A DNA stretch of 64,000 nucleotides from Nymphaea colorata. Taxonomy: Eukaryota. Position numbers and translations under genes: made by a program. Positions within the stretch are counted from its first letter, which is position 1. Each line of letters begins with the position of its first letter. The notes beneath the pieces are model-generated. The model searched no databases. It was given only the letters and a program-made list of their open reading frames with translations, and was not told the DNA's origin. The DNA is taken from contig NC_045138.2 of assembly GCF_008831285.2 (NCBI RefSeq), positions 3,596,001-3,660,000 on the forward strand. Reading direction: 5' to 3'. Below are positions 13,001-26,722 of this stretch, one piece after another.

Positions 13001-16000
13001 CTTCGCTTAGCAGAGGTTGACAGAAACAAAATGAAGTCATAACCACTTGAGAGATGAATAAGAACGTGCACAGATCCAAGCTTACAGAAACACCTTGTAG
13101 TATGTCTAAGCTATGTCATCACGATATGTGGGGGAGACCTGCGTACCCGTAACGGTATGCCGGTACGCCAAAACGGGTATGCAGATACATGGTGGTACAG
13201 TTTGGATCGGTTTCGACCTGCCCGACATCTTTCCTCTTCCGCCATTTCCTATTCGACTTCCATGTTCTTCCCTGTTCTTCCTCAAGTCCACAGATGATCG
13301 GTGATGGACGGCGGCAGCCTCCAGCATCATTGACGGCGTATAATCTTCATTTCAACTAACTTTCTTTAGGGTTTCTGCAATTTTACCTATGCTCTTTTCT
13401 CCTTTTTTTCGTCTAATGAAAACCGTTTTTCGTATGTAGTTTCCCCTTTTTTGTTGCATTTCATTTGGTATTAAATTTATCGTTGTTTCCTAGTTCTGTC
13501 ATTTTTCCAAAATTTTCCATAGAGTCATTCTTCAAAACCTCTCTTACCTGCACCGGTTCTCCAAAATCTGCTGCATAATCATCGCGCTGCTGCCATTCTT
13601 CATAATCTGTGATTCTAATATGTTCGTTTCTTGAAAACCTGTCGATTTGCCCTTTTGCTCACATTATTCTTGTGTAGAACTGTACATATCGTTGACCTTA
13701 GTAAAACTGTACATATCGTCAATCGTCAGAGCTTATATAAGTTATGCTTGTTGCCCTATTGCTTATGTTATGTGTCAAATTCAAAACCTGCCGACTTGCC
13801 CTGCGTTGCAGTTAGGCTGTTGTTAATTTTTACGCTTCATAGTTATATATTTACATTGTTTAAGGTTATATATATGCTTTCTAGTATATTTATGTTGTTT
13901 GTTTGCTTAATTATCATTGTTTTTTATTTATTGAAACTGAATATATATACAATTATATAACTATATTGAAATTTTCACTGTATCACCATACCAAAATTTG
14001 CTAAAATTGCTGTGCCCATACCCGCTTCCCCATACCCGAACCAAAACCCATACCCGTACCTATGTGACATAGTGCCTAAGAAGTTGACAAAGAGAAGTAC
14101 TATTCAAAAATAAGCTCTCCAGTCTCCATGTTACATGATCACCCAGTGAAAACATATTTTATATGGTTCACTCTTGCCAACTTTAGTATATTTCTGTAAC
14201 AGTTCCAATGAATGTTTCGGAAAGAGTTTTAAGGTATATTGAAAGTAACAACTGAGACCAACATGATTTACTTAAATGACATCCAGGAATTGACAGCGGT
14301 ATTGTGAAAATAAAAGTGCTTTTGCATTGATAATGAATCTTGTAATTTGACAACACAAGTAACAACTTTAACAACAAGAAGATAGAAACAAAGCATCACA
14401 TGAAACCATAAATTCACCAATTGCCGCACATTATTTTTACAAAATTATACGAGAAGTTTATTAAGGAAACAATGAAAATATCAGCTAGTAATAGCACTTG
14501 CACAAAAGTTGAGAATATTTAACTGATGGTGCTTGTTGCTGTAATGTGTTTGTGGCATTTTGACCATCTTGGGCATCCTATCCATAATCTCCTAATGCAT
14601 AATAGTATATAAATCCTTTTCATATGAAAGAAACACGGTTCAAATTTAACCATGCTGCAATTTACTCTTAGTCTTAGTGAAAACTCAATAATTTTCATAT
14701 TTAGCAAGCATAATGATTTCTCGATGGAAATATGCAAAGTAAGACTCACTTAACTATGCCCCCAAAATTGCAGAAAGTTAAAGGAAAAGTATACAAAAAA
14801 ACACAAAACTATGAAACATGAACATGCAAGTTACTGTGAAATTGGAAACCATTCTCCACTTGCCTCAATTCCTTTATCTCACTTTGACCTTTTGTAACAT
14901 TCCCCGTTTGACGTAATAACTCAATGAATGCATTAAAGACATCCATCTGAAGCACCAAAAACCAGACTCAGATGTATAAGTGAAAAGAGTCAAAAGACAT
15001 AAGTTAAAATACCGATGTAGCCCCTACAAGAAGCTGACCTTAACATTTTCTTCTCGTTCCTTGAATCTCTCTATCAATTTTGGGCACGCCTACAAAATAG
15101 GAAAGTAAAAAAAAATGAAAAAGAGGATGTTGCGAAATTCAAGAGCTATTACGGTTTGGAAAGAGAAAACAATCGAAATTAAACATATGAACCTACTCTT
15201 TCACGAGCTCAAGGCATAGACAAAGTATACTAAAAAAGGGAGCTTTTTGCTCAACTGAAATTTAGAAGTTATTGATATTCAAAAAGAGAAAAAAGTAGTT
15301 GCCATTAAATCATTGATGCTACACTATCAAAAGACTACGGTATAGACAGAATACAACACATTCTTAAATACATGCCTCCACGTAGAGTTTGGACAGCATT
15401 TCTGGGCGAGAAACTATTATAGCAGATAGGCACTTTGCTGCTGCCCTTCTTACTTTCCAGCTGATATCTTCATCATCACTATATTCATCTGTACTGTCAC
15501 TAAAGAATAACAATAATTGGTAATGTCAATCAGATATGTAGATTCCAAATATTGCACCAAGAAAGACAGAAGAAATTTGATGGCATAAGAACACCATACT
15601 CATCTTCATCTTCCTCCTGGAATTCATAATCAGTGTCCTCCTCCATATTATCAGTAAAATTTGGATCATAACTCAAATATTCAAGACTAAGATTTAGAAT
15701 TACATCACAGTACATAGTTATATCCCTAGGACATCTCAACATGAAGCTTTCCAAGGCCTGGTTCAAAAAATAAAAAGTGCATCATTAGGATAAAAAGAGG
15801 CAGCAATTGTTACAATGCTAGCAAATCAAAGGACATACAAAGGTGGAGAATGAGTCAAGCTGCTCAACCTTGACTAAGGTCTTGCTTGTTCAACTTGGGT
15901 CAAGATCAACTCATCAATTAAACGAGTCAGTCCTGAGGACCAGACCAACTTCATGCTAGCAAACAACCTCAACTCAAACAGCCTCTCAAGCTTCATAAGC

Positions 16001-19000
16001 TTAAAAGTTAAAAGGATTCAAGTAAAAAGATAAAGGATATAACTCCATAAACACCTAACATGTTTTCCAAAATGGTTAAGGTGGTCTAATGGTTCAAACA
16101 AGATGTTATGAGTACACGTCCCTGCCTTACCATTCCTATGTGGTTTTAAATGACAACTGAAATGGGAAAATTTTTCTAATGCACAAGCTTCGTTTCGGCT
16201 CACAACCAAGTGAAGCTTCAGTTCCAGCAATGGTAGGCCCAAGCTTGAGAAATGAAGTGCCAGCTTAAGGTAAGTACTGTTAGCAATGAGTCAATCTGGA
16301 AGTTGGAACAGCCCATGCTTGGGCCTAGCCTCAGCTTTTATGCATTCTTGCAATGTGATTTGAGTATGTAATTTCCAATGTAAATCTACAAGTATAACAT
16401 ACCTGCAGGCTGTACTCACGAAGTTCTTCATCAACTTCTGATGCATTTTTACAGTAACCAATCAACAGCGGAATGCAGTCACTTAGATGGGGTCCAAATC
16501 GATATCCAACTGATCGACTGTACCACCAAAAAATTGATGATCTTACAATACAATTCCAAAGTTTTCCAAAAGATATTTAACAATAGAATGTTGCAAGCCA
16601 ATTATAGAAGCATGCCAGAGGCCCTAGGAATATTGAGACACCAACAGTAGGAGCTTGAGCACATTCAGAGGAACAAATTCCACATACTAAAACCTCCCAC
16701 TAAAAATTAGGTTCCAATGAAATGATATGGCAATATAGATATAAAAGTTTCAATGAATTTAATCTTTTGGAACAAGAATGGTCATGATCCATGTTTATTA
16801 CCACAATCATCAGTCATGGAGTTACCTCAAAGCCCCAATCATTTGAATGTTTGTACGTGTCATTTCAGGTTTTAAACCCTTATTTTGTAAAAGGTGAACA
16901 ACTTCTATAGTAGCCTTTGCCAATAAATCATCTGACAAACTTGAAGCAAGGGAGGCTGCATGGCAAAAGCAAGGATAAGTGGTCTCTCATATATAAAGAT
17001 ACATAGTACCATATTTTGGAAAACAAATACAAAACAAGTAAACTGTGAACAAGAAAACAAGTCGACTGCGACTTTTTTTGTTTCTTGCTGCATCTTAAAA
17101 TTCGATTACCTAGGCAGGAAATAGATTTCTTTCTGACACTTGCTTGACTAGCACCCAATTGCGACAGCAGAGAAGCTAAGAGCGTCTGGTGATCTGATGC
17201 CATCAAATTACCAAACCTATGAAGAACATCACATAATATATCGAGACACTCGCATTTAATCTCTGTACTCATTCCCTGCAGATATTCACAGGAAAAAGAA
17301 AAATAAATAGAAATCAAGATCTTCAGGAAGATTTCAGTGCATTTATATCTCTAATGGCATCAAACACCTGTTACACGCAGCAATTTCTCTTCAAGTTCTT
17401 ATATTTCTTTACAATTGTGAGAAAACTAAAACCGAAGAGCAAACTATGTCCTGCATCTGTACATAGACGACATAACACTGTTCAAGACTTGAAGTAAATA
17501 AATTTAACAGGCCAAGAATATCATATACCATTGTCTCCAGAACAATGATACACCTCACAGATATCTGGCTTCTAAACTAAAAAGAGTAAATTCCACTTGT
17601 GGAGCATCATAGCACTACTAAAAGAATATTAATGAAGGTTAAAGATCTCATCCTTACTGTGATAAGAAAAACAGTGGACTACCTTGAGTAACTTCTCTTT
17701 TTTTTTTTTCTGATGAATGGGTTTCTTAATCAAATTTTGCATTCCTGTAAACAAGTGTGGAAAGAAGATAACCTTACAATCTCCCCAAAGAACCAATTCT
17801 CATATGATGATGCAATACAGTAGATTGGCTACTAGCCTTCCTTTAAAACAGATTGCATGTGTGCACAACCTTGTTATTTCATACTAGCTGCAATTAGAAT
17901 TTGAGCTACTCATTCTGTTATGTTAGCCTTCTTCCTCACCAACTGCATATTTAAGGGGCAGAATCACCAGTTGTAAAACCTTCACTGCAGTAGGGGTGTT
18001 TTAATTATTAAACACAAAAGAGAGCTTTTTAAAAACAATCTCCAGCCTTAGATGAAATTTCCTGGAGAATGGATGTCTCTCTTCCCCAACTTCACCACCT
18101 CCTTTCTAGCCTACATTCTATTATACATGGATCATACAGGGTTCCCAAAACAGTGCATATTAAGCAGCTTTAAACAAAATACTAAATTAGACTAGACAAC
18201 AGAATCAACTTAACAAAAGATACAACGGTAACTCTATTTCATAAGACAAACAAGAAACTAACTATTCGACTATTTTAAATTAAAATAAATATTTATGACA
18301 GCTCAAACTGCTAGCCAGCCTAGAGTGGAATTACAACTACATTGTTTTGACTAACCACTTGACCATTTTAAATTTTTAATTCATGTACCCATAATCTAGT
18401 TATTTCATATTAGCTGCAATTAGAATTAGAACTACTTTATAATCTGTTAGCCTTTTCGAGCATTATCTGCATATTTAGGGGCAGAATTGACAATTGTAAC
18501 CATTGTCACAAATATCGTTTTGGCCCTTTTGGGGTATTAAACGGCAAGGTTGTTCTTGGGTATAATTACAATGTGATAGAGTTGTTTTTCTTGGGTATAA
18601 TATGACACAGTTGTTTTTCTCGGGAAATCTCAAGCAAGTTTTCTAAGAAAAATGCATCCTAAAAATAACATGTGAAAAGTGTGAAAATAAAAAACTGGTA
18701 ACTAAAAATGTAAAAATCCATATTTTCTCATTTTTTTCATTTTCACGCTTTTTCAAAAAAAAAAGTGTTTTTCCCCCATTTTTTGGCTGATCTGTTTTTT
18801 AACATTTTTTCAGAATAAAATGTGTTTTCTATGACACTGGTTGTAACAGAATAGACAGCTTTTGGAACAAAATCGCCAGTTTTATTTGAGATCTATGTCA
18901 CACAAGTGCATGGTGCAGATGCACAGGGGGGGGGGGGGGTGTCTGTTATAAAATTGTCCACAAACTACAAATTAGCAATTAATAAGATATAATTTTATTT

Positions 19001-22000
19001 ATCAACGAATCAATGAAAAAAAAAAAACAAATTGTCTATTGATCTGTTCACGCACCTGCACTCAAGTAGTCTTGACTCAGTGCAGCATTTTTTGAAGAGT
19101 GCATGTTACTCAAATTGAAAATTTTATGGAGAATGGTTTTCTCTCTCCCAAATTCAGTGTTTTAACCGGTTTGATCTTAAAAAGCCAGTGAACAGTGGTT
19201 TTCTTCTATGTAGGGTCTTCCCCCTTTCATTCTCCTAGCTTCGAGCTAAGTATATTCGTTGGCATAAGAATACCAACGGCTACAAAAAGATCCATATACC
19301 AAGTCATGAGCAATGAATCTGTCAAGGTCAACGTACATATCAGCAGGTGCAAGCCAGGACCTAGGTGACCATAGTGAGAGAAAGAGAAGAGGGTGGAGCG
19401 AATCTGGAACGATTGCCTCAGTTTGGATTGTTTTCTGCAACTCAGGAACAAGAAGTTGGAATCACTAATTGCATATCAACATGTTCTTTTCTAGGCTTCT
19501 AGCCTATGTTCTCTTTGCCAAAACAATGCCTAGTTAACAACTCAACAAGCAAACTTTAGACAAGGCATAGGAAAACACAAAGAAACAACTATACTTCAGT
19601 TCATAAGGCAAAAAAAAAAAAAAACAAAAAAAACAAATGTTTGACCATTTTAAACTGAAGTAAATATCTAAGAAGACTAGAACAGCTAGGCCAAGCTAGA
19701 GTAGATGATCGTTTACATTATATATGGAACACAAAACATTCAGATTGAATAAGAGAAGCAGAGGGAATTGCCTATAATCAAATTCCAGCAATATCATTTC
19801 CACAGGTGTCCCAGATGTGCACACAAGGCAAACAAAAAAAATGATCACTGGCAAAGAAATGATTCCATCTAAAGACGTATCTTGCAGAACTTACTCGACA
19901 TGCACATTAAAGAAGTTTCAAACTAAAAGGCCAGAACAAATACTCTTGCACAAACAGAAAAAAACGAAACTTAGCACGAACTTGTCACGAGAATAAAGAT
20001 AAATATTGCTTACAGGACTTGTAATTCCTTTTACTAGTTGAGGAGACAAAGTCACAATAACACGTTGAGCAACACTCATGTTGCTGACTTCAGCAACAAT
20101 TGTTTTCAGTGCAATACTTGCAACATCGCGATGCTGATCTTTCCCATGCAGTAGTCTGCTACACAACTTATCTACCATTTCCAGAACCCTGTCTTCACTT
20201 ACTTTCTTCACCAATGGTGCCAAACTGCAAAATAGGGAGTATAGTCATAAGAAAGAGGGGGACAAAAAAGGCTATGTATCACACTGTTGAGAATATGCAT
20301 TCGTGGCATCGCAGGTAATTGACCTAGATCTGTGCATCCCTATAACTTTAATCAATTAGTTTTTCATAAATGTGGCCAAATACATCCATGGTTTAACTGC
20401 ACAAAGTGGCACTTTCTCTTGAGTGCAAAGGCAATCCATGAAACCATACAGGATATCATACTGGAACATCAAAAGATTCAAATAGGTACATTTCCAAGAT
20501 CATTTCCCTAAGGTATTGCCCTCCAATATGCTGCAGCTTCCAGATCTTTGATATGCAATCTTACAGACTAATGGGAGCACAATTACAAAAGCAAATACTA
20601 GTGATTTATCTTCATCAGCAACCTCGACAAGAATTTCCTGGATACACAATAAGGTTCAAACTCTCACTAGAAGATGATTAATTTGTTCAGATAATTTTGA
20701 ACGAGACACAGACTTCATAAAACACAGTTTCTTATATTGTAACTAATCCTAAAAAAATTGTTATTTACCTTTTCAAAGGATACTAACATTGTCCTAAGCA
20801 AAACTGCTTCCACTCACCAGATGATGAAAGAATTTGTCAAAATGACAATCATAGTAAATAAACAATCAACCGTAAAAAGCTATCTCTCAGAACATGTATG
20901 TTGCTCCATGAGCTCCCTCAAGTCAAATTGCAAAACCTGAGGTAAAGTACTCCATGGAGCTCACACAGCACAAGTCAAATTTCAAAAGATTACAACTCAA
21001 TTGAGCAAACACAATTTAAATCAACCCTTGAAATAGATATTGTACTCAATTATGAATTTACGACTAAGGTTGAGAACCATGATTCCCTAGCTTATTCAAC
21101 TTAATTCACATTACGAATCATTCTTGACATAGGTCCAACAGTGCAAACAGGAATATCTTCCCCCATTTTTCTGCATCTTATCTCTTTTTACTTTTTTCTT
21201 ACTTAGCACACATGCCAAAATGAACTTTTACCATGTCATCCTGGAAGATGTAAAAGCCACGGAGGACCGAAAGCACAGTCTAAGACTCTAAGTTAATAAG
21301 AGATAATCAGCATAGAAAGCCTCCCACTGAAAACCACCACAGACAAATCCTATCCAAGTTCTGTGTGGCCAACTGAGCTCTACATCATTCACTATCAACA
21401 CATGTTATAGCAAAATGACCCAGTTTAACGATCAACTCTATGAAGAGGCATTAGGTGACCCAACTCTTGTTTCAGTAATGATGTTTTCTATAATCTGTAT
21501 CAACCATCAGAATGAAGAAAGAGGCTCCACAGTCTCGTTGCCGATGGAGTATCAAAAGTACAACTCTCCAAAGAAATGGACACGATCATTTGTTATTTGC
21601 TCAAAGATAATAATGGAAAAAAGTAGATATATGAAATATATGCTTTAGCAACGTAACTGCAGCTGTAGGATCAAACTTTCTTTAGTTGCTTATCATACTA
21701 ATAGAAGCAAGGGCACCAATAATTGATCCCATGCAGCTTCAATCTTCAAATACCACTGATGGCATATTTGCCGCCAAACCATCACTACATAGTCACATGT
21801 AAATGTCGCTTGTTCCTAGATATTTATTATCTAACCAATAAAATAAGCTATCATACTTCAACTCTGCTGCATAAAGAACCCGACATGCCATGGCCCTGTT
21901 CTGGACGAGGAAATTAGCAATGTTTGTAAGATTGAAAACCCTGCTAACGGCCACTCAGTGTAAGCACGAAAAGCAGGCATCAGTGGAACTAAGCTCCATT

Positions 22001-22460
22001 TTGCACCACACCAGATGCAAAGAGACACTATATACAGCTCATGCAACTTAAAATGTATTGAGAAGAAACGAACCATTTGACAGCTAATCCAGAAACATCG
22101 CCAGCAGCATCATCAAGTTGCTGGAGCACAGTATTTGATAATTTGATCTCCAAGTCGCTTTCAACTTTAAAGCTTTCCTTGCTAAGCTCATTAAGCAGAT
22201 CAGATGTTGCCATGTATCTATAATCTTTGTCCTTTCCGGTCATCTGCAAACACGTAAGCAAGTCAGGTTTTCAAGTCACGGACAAGGAAACGCAATTGGA
22301 AAGTTGATCATTCGATAATAACTCCAAAACTAAAACCGAGGAATACAGACACTGGTTATGGATGTGAACATGAAAAAAAAAAATTCAAGGCGAGCATTTC
22401 ATAGTTTGTGCAAGCTAATTGTACCTTCTCCAAAATATTTGTGATGGTCACGCTCGCCAT
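2052..22460 (-). CDS. CAND1: Cullin-associated NEDD8-dissociated protein 1 (HEAT-repeat SCF exchange factor), 28 coding exons
   Basis: Spliced translation starts [32 protein letters not shown] (ATG 22460), contains [19 protein letters not shown] and [26 protein letters not shown], and ends [32 protein letters not shown] (TGA 2052-2054). Approximate exons: 22425-22460, 22074-22243, 20014-20225, 17110-17276, 16826-16955, 16403-16517, 15599-15757, 15376-15499, 15039-15089, 14864-14946, 11397-11481, 11224-11325, 11015-11113, 9814-9924, 9650-9733, 9439-9579, 8140-8232, 7917-8036, 7681-7843, 7363-7602, 5882-6130, 5616-5801, 5242-5388, 5019-5135, 4773-4942, 2928-3005, 2517-2654, 2052-2148. Confidence 0.97.
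12331..12816. mobile_element. Degenerate hAT (Ac-like TAGGG-type ends) MITE in CAND1 intron
   Basis: Ends TATGGATGTC... and ...CACACCTTTA (imperfect TIR); flanks TCAAACAA (12323-12330) and CCAAACAA (12817-12824), a 7/8 match to an 8-bp TSD. Confidence 0.55.
13111..14072. mobile_element. Non-autonomous hAT element, CTATGTCA-TIR family (962 bp)
   Basis: Starts CTATGTCA, ends TGTGACATAG; flanks TGTCTAAG (13103-13110) and TGCCTAAG (14073-14080), a 7/8 8-bp TSD; subterminal CCCATACCCG repeats; no transposase ORF. Confidence 0.85.
18501..18839. mobile_element. hAT-type MITE (339 bp)
   Basis: TIR CATTGTCA...TGACACTG; flanks ATTGTAAC (18493-18500) and GTTGTAAC (18840-18847); absent from the paralogous duplicated segment near 17970. 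Confidence 0.75.
18893..19113. mobile_element. Degraded CTATGTCACA-family hAT MITE
   Basis: Left end CTATGTCACAC; right end degenerate; the segment is missing from the paralogous duplicate near 18050; TSD poorly preserved. Confidence 0.5.
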
Positions 22461-23830
22461 TTCTAGAACTCTGGATATCGAAAGGGTTAATTGTGGGATC
22501 TGTAAAGATGTGGAGCCTTCCCAAGCACGCGCTTTTGGAAAAAGAGTGGATGCTTCGAATGCAATTCAGAACTGCAACTGAAATGGCAAAGAAATTTGAT
22601 GTAAATGGGAATTATTGCAGGAGATATGAAATATAGTAACAATCAGCCTAGCAATATGCAGAGCACGTTGTCGCACGAAAAGATTGCCCATATCCAAACC
22701 ACTAACTGTTTCCCTCTAACTATGGCTGTATTCATCGCTTTTTCTCTCTTTATCCTGTCGGGCTGACGCATGCGATTGCAGATAATGGTAGCCGCCGCGT
22801 TACGTAATGACTTGAAGCAAGCTATTGGGAGTTGCTATTTTTCCGTGAAAGCAAGCTATGGTTGTTTCGTGCATATCCAAAAATTATAACGGCCGCCAAC
22901 AGGGGAGGGATATGGAACTGCATCGCCAATGGTAAGAACGCACCAGAAGGTCAAAGAGAGCATCACTGACGATCAAGATGCGAAAACCTCCCCTCCCAAG
23001 AAAACAAAGAAAATGGGGCGAAAAAACACAATGGCGGTTGGGTTTCCGACCCAGATGTATTTTTCAACTGATGCCCTGCGAACTAGGTAAACCTTCATCA
23101 GCACCGTAATTTCCAAACAAGAATCTAAAGTAGCCCCCCCGTCGCCACTACGACGGATCAACAAACCCTCCGGAGCGCTGCTCAGCAATCAACAAATTCG
23201 TCGAGACGAAACGATCAAAGAAGAGTGCAAAGCAAACACAAGACAAGCAGCCGAATATCAATGCAGAGCAGGACCGGCTAACGGCGGGAGGGAACTAACA
23301 TGGGTCTATTCCTAGAAGAACTCCGCAAGCAACAGAGAGAGATGATTATCTCCGGATGAGGCCGCACTATCCCTGCGGAAGGAGAGAAAGGAGGAGGCGA
23401 TGGCGGAGGAAGAGGGAGACGGTGGAGAAGACAAAGCAGATCGAGCAGGAGAGAGAGAAAGAAGAAGCGGAACCTGTGAGAGAAGAGGAGTTCGCCTCGA
23501 GAGAGAGAGAGAGAGAGGGAGAGTCTGTGTTTGTGTGCTCGAGCAAAGCAATAGAAGGCGAAACGAGGGAGACGGGTCTGTGGGGTTGGGTGGGGACGAA
23601 GGGGTGCGCATAAATGGGCGAGGGGCTAGTGGACACAGGAGGAGCGGGTCAGTGTGAAGTGTGAGCATCCGACCGAGCAGTCCGGTTTTGGACCCGAAAA
23701 CAACTCTACCCTACCCTATACTTCACCCAGACCCGGGGGAATGGCGGGGCAGTTCGGGTTGCCGGCCTGTTATCCGGTCGACTTGGGTGGGTCTGGGCCG
23801 GCAGCTGGCTTATTGGGATCTTTTGTGGAT
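22461..23830 (-). promoter_or_regulatory. CAND1 5' UTR/leader intron and GC-rich core promoter region
   Basis: CT-repeat (GA on plus, about 23499-23517) and pyrimidine-rich leader typical of plant 5' UTRs. Candidate acceptors near 22572-22578 and a candidate donor near 23092. GC-rich stretch 23560-23830 with TGGGC-type motifs. TSS not determinable. Confidence 0.5.
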
Positions 23831-26722
23831 TGGAATCCATCTCATTTCATTTTATTAGCCTTTTAAGGGGTTAGAGTCGAAGATGTTAGTTGGTATAGTG
23901 GTATGAGAGTCAGTTCACGCTTGGACCTAAGGTCCCACATGCGCAGGTGCATTAAGGGGACTGAATTGTAATACTTTAAAATTTTAGTTTGTATTGAATA
24001 TTATGAGAGATTTTCAAAGGCTTATAAAAGAGGTTATTAATTAGATGGTTGTCCTGATTCTTATAACCTTTTTGAGGTTGAAGCTGAAACTGTTAGGAAA
24101 CGAGTTGGAATCCGTTGAACTAAAGGCCCTACCCTATAAATGGATCGAGTTGTTATACCATCACCAATGAAATATTCTTTCAAACAGATCAAAGGGAAAT
24201 TAGGTATTTCAAGTTTCTCTTCTTCTGCAGAGTTAACATCCTACTTTGAAAAAATTAGTCTCCTATCTAAGATTGATAAAAATTTTAATCGATTGAGACT
24301 AAATTCAAATGGGTGTTCATCTTGTTTAGCTTGTAAAGATGCAGATGATTTATACATAGCACATGCATTGCAACTAGTGATAAGGTGAAAACACCAAGAG
24401 ACGTCAGTGGTGTGCATTGTTAATCATCTATCATGATCCAAGCTTTCATGCACAAACATTCCTGCTTGCTCATCTCGCCCTGCTAAGATCGCCAAGAATT
24501 AACAAGAACCAAAGCAATTGGGACAAGATTTGAACTAGAAGCAGAACCAGATATTCCAAATAAGAGAGGCGTTGATGCTGTCATTGGTGAAATCAAGGAA
24601 GGAAATGTTAGAAGGCAACAAGTTAAAAGGGTCTCAACCCTGTCACTTCATACATTCTCCGAGCTTCTTCTCTGTGTTGTTATTGTGAAGCTTGGTGGTC
24701 CCGTTCACCTTTATCATAAAAGAAATGACTCGCTTTTTTTCTAAAGTGTAACACTTTTAGGTATATTCTTACCACTTTAGTTGGGAAAGTGCATGCATCA
24801 ACTCTATGTAAATACCAACATTTTTTCGTGGTATTGGGATACTGCCAATCATTCATGAAATCAAAATGGTTGTTGATGGGCGTGTTTGATAAGAATATTG
24901 TGCTCCTAGAGCACATGATTCAATAACACTATGTTTTTGTTTTAGTAAAACATAATGTGATTGTAGATACTTTTAGATTTATAAATCAAATATATTGTGT
25001 GACATTGTTTTCTTAAGCAAATTAAATGTTGTGTTCTGGGGTCCTAAGTTTGCTATAATAATGTTTTTCTTAATTACCGAATGTGAGGTGTGAGGCTGGC
25101 TGAGGGCCCCACACAAGCCAATCAAAAATTTCTTTAAAAGGACTCCAAATTACACTATGACTTCAGATTTGTGCTAGTGCTTTTCAGGGTTAGAGCCAAC
25201 CGAATTAAAGTTTCTAAATTTTGACAATGACCTAAATATCATTTTTTATAAGACAAGTGAAATTTTCTAAATTTTACATGTAATTTTTTTTTTAAGGGGG
25301 CCAAGGCCCGTGCGGGGCCTGCCTTGGCTCGTCCTTAGCCAAAAAATCTAGTTGATTCCGCCACTAAATTTGTCCCACTGTCATCCATCACACATTACAC
25401 GCAATGATAGCTGAATTGAACCCCACTTTTTGTTCCACGATTTTGATGTGACAAAATTTTTCAATCTTTCTAACCATTCCAATGAGAAGTATAATCATAT
25501 ATACTTAAAGCTCATTTTAATTACCCACCCATAAAGAGCGGATTGGAACCTTATTTTGTTATTAATTAGCAGTTTCGGATTTGAACTCTTAAAATAAGTG
25601 GTGGAGACATAAGGTTTTGGCTGAATTTTAGAGCACTTAAATATATGGTAAAATGACTGAGATGCACGATACATTAAAAAAAAAAAAAGGAAAAAGAAAA
25701 AGAAAAAGTAGGTGGCTCAGAGGCAGCACTATGTAGAATAAGCAAATCGATGGGGTCATTTGAAATATAATAAGCCATCGGCAGATGATGCTTGAAATGA
25801 AAAACAGTACCTTATTATGTTGGTTGGTTAATTTGCCCCCTTATTAGGTTATTTTTGTTCAAGAATTTCAAAAATAGTTCTATATATTTTGATTGAAAAT
25901 TGAAAAACAAGAAAAAAAATGAAAACTTGTATCGTCCTTGTCGTATAAGCAAGAGGCCGATCTGCGATTGAAGTCCAGAGAGATGGTAGGCATTTTAATT
26001 AAGCTGTGAATGTTTACATCTCCAGAGCTACGAATTTAAGCCGCGCACGGATACAGCTATATAGATGTTAATGGTAAATTTGGCAACTAAAAAAAGTGAT
26101 TCTTTGATTATTAAATTTACATACATAAAAAGAACTAAAGAGCGGAATATAGATATACATAGCTTGTTAGTATCGGTGACAAAGCTAGAAAAATTTTATG
26201 AAGGGGCACTTACATGTATATCAAAGTAAATACTAAACAATGTTAATGTAAAAATGAAAGTAAATTGGGAAGTTGGTGTAGGCAACTGCCCACACCAACC
26301 TACCTATACGTGGTAAGTTTATATGTATTGTGCATAGAAGAAAGAAGCAATCGTTTAGGAATTTATAGTGTGGATAGACCTACCGGATTGAGAGGAAACC
26401 AAGACCATAAAAAAAAGGCGATATCACAAAGACAGACTTGCAAATTAACTCTGCTATATCTTATCTATATTGCAACTAAGCCTGCACTCATATTTTACAT
26501 GAAGAGCACTCATATTTTACATGAAGAGATAAAGTGGTGGAAGGAAATTGAAAAGAATGCAAAAGCTTCGACACTCGCTGTATTTATCTCTCTATATATT
26601 TGGTTTTTGAGCTTATTTTTTACGATTTTAAGTCATATGAGCACAATTACATGGGTGGGCCAAGTTCAAGAGGAAAACTTCCACAAATGGATACATGGTC
26701 AGGTTTAGGAGTGGACTGGGAA

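Larger units (their letters stand above)
17873..19705. repeat. Old tandem duplication in CAND1 intron (unit 1 about 17873-18390; unit 2 about 18399-19705 with insertions)
   Basis: Shared blocks GTTATTTCATA.TAGCTGCAATTAGAATT, TGCATATTTA.GGGCAGAAT, TGGAGAATGG and CTAGAGT.GA occur in the same order in both units. Confidence 0.7.

Noticed and set aside
20650..21081. Possible CAAGGTT-type hAT relic
   Set aside because: TSD only 5/8 and TIR degenerate; too eroded to call.
23884..23940. tRNA-like A box TGGTATAGTGG
   Set aside because: No B box or cloverleaf; not a tRNA gene.
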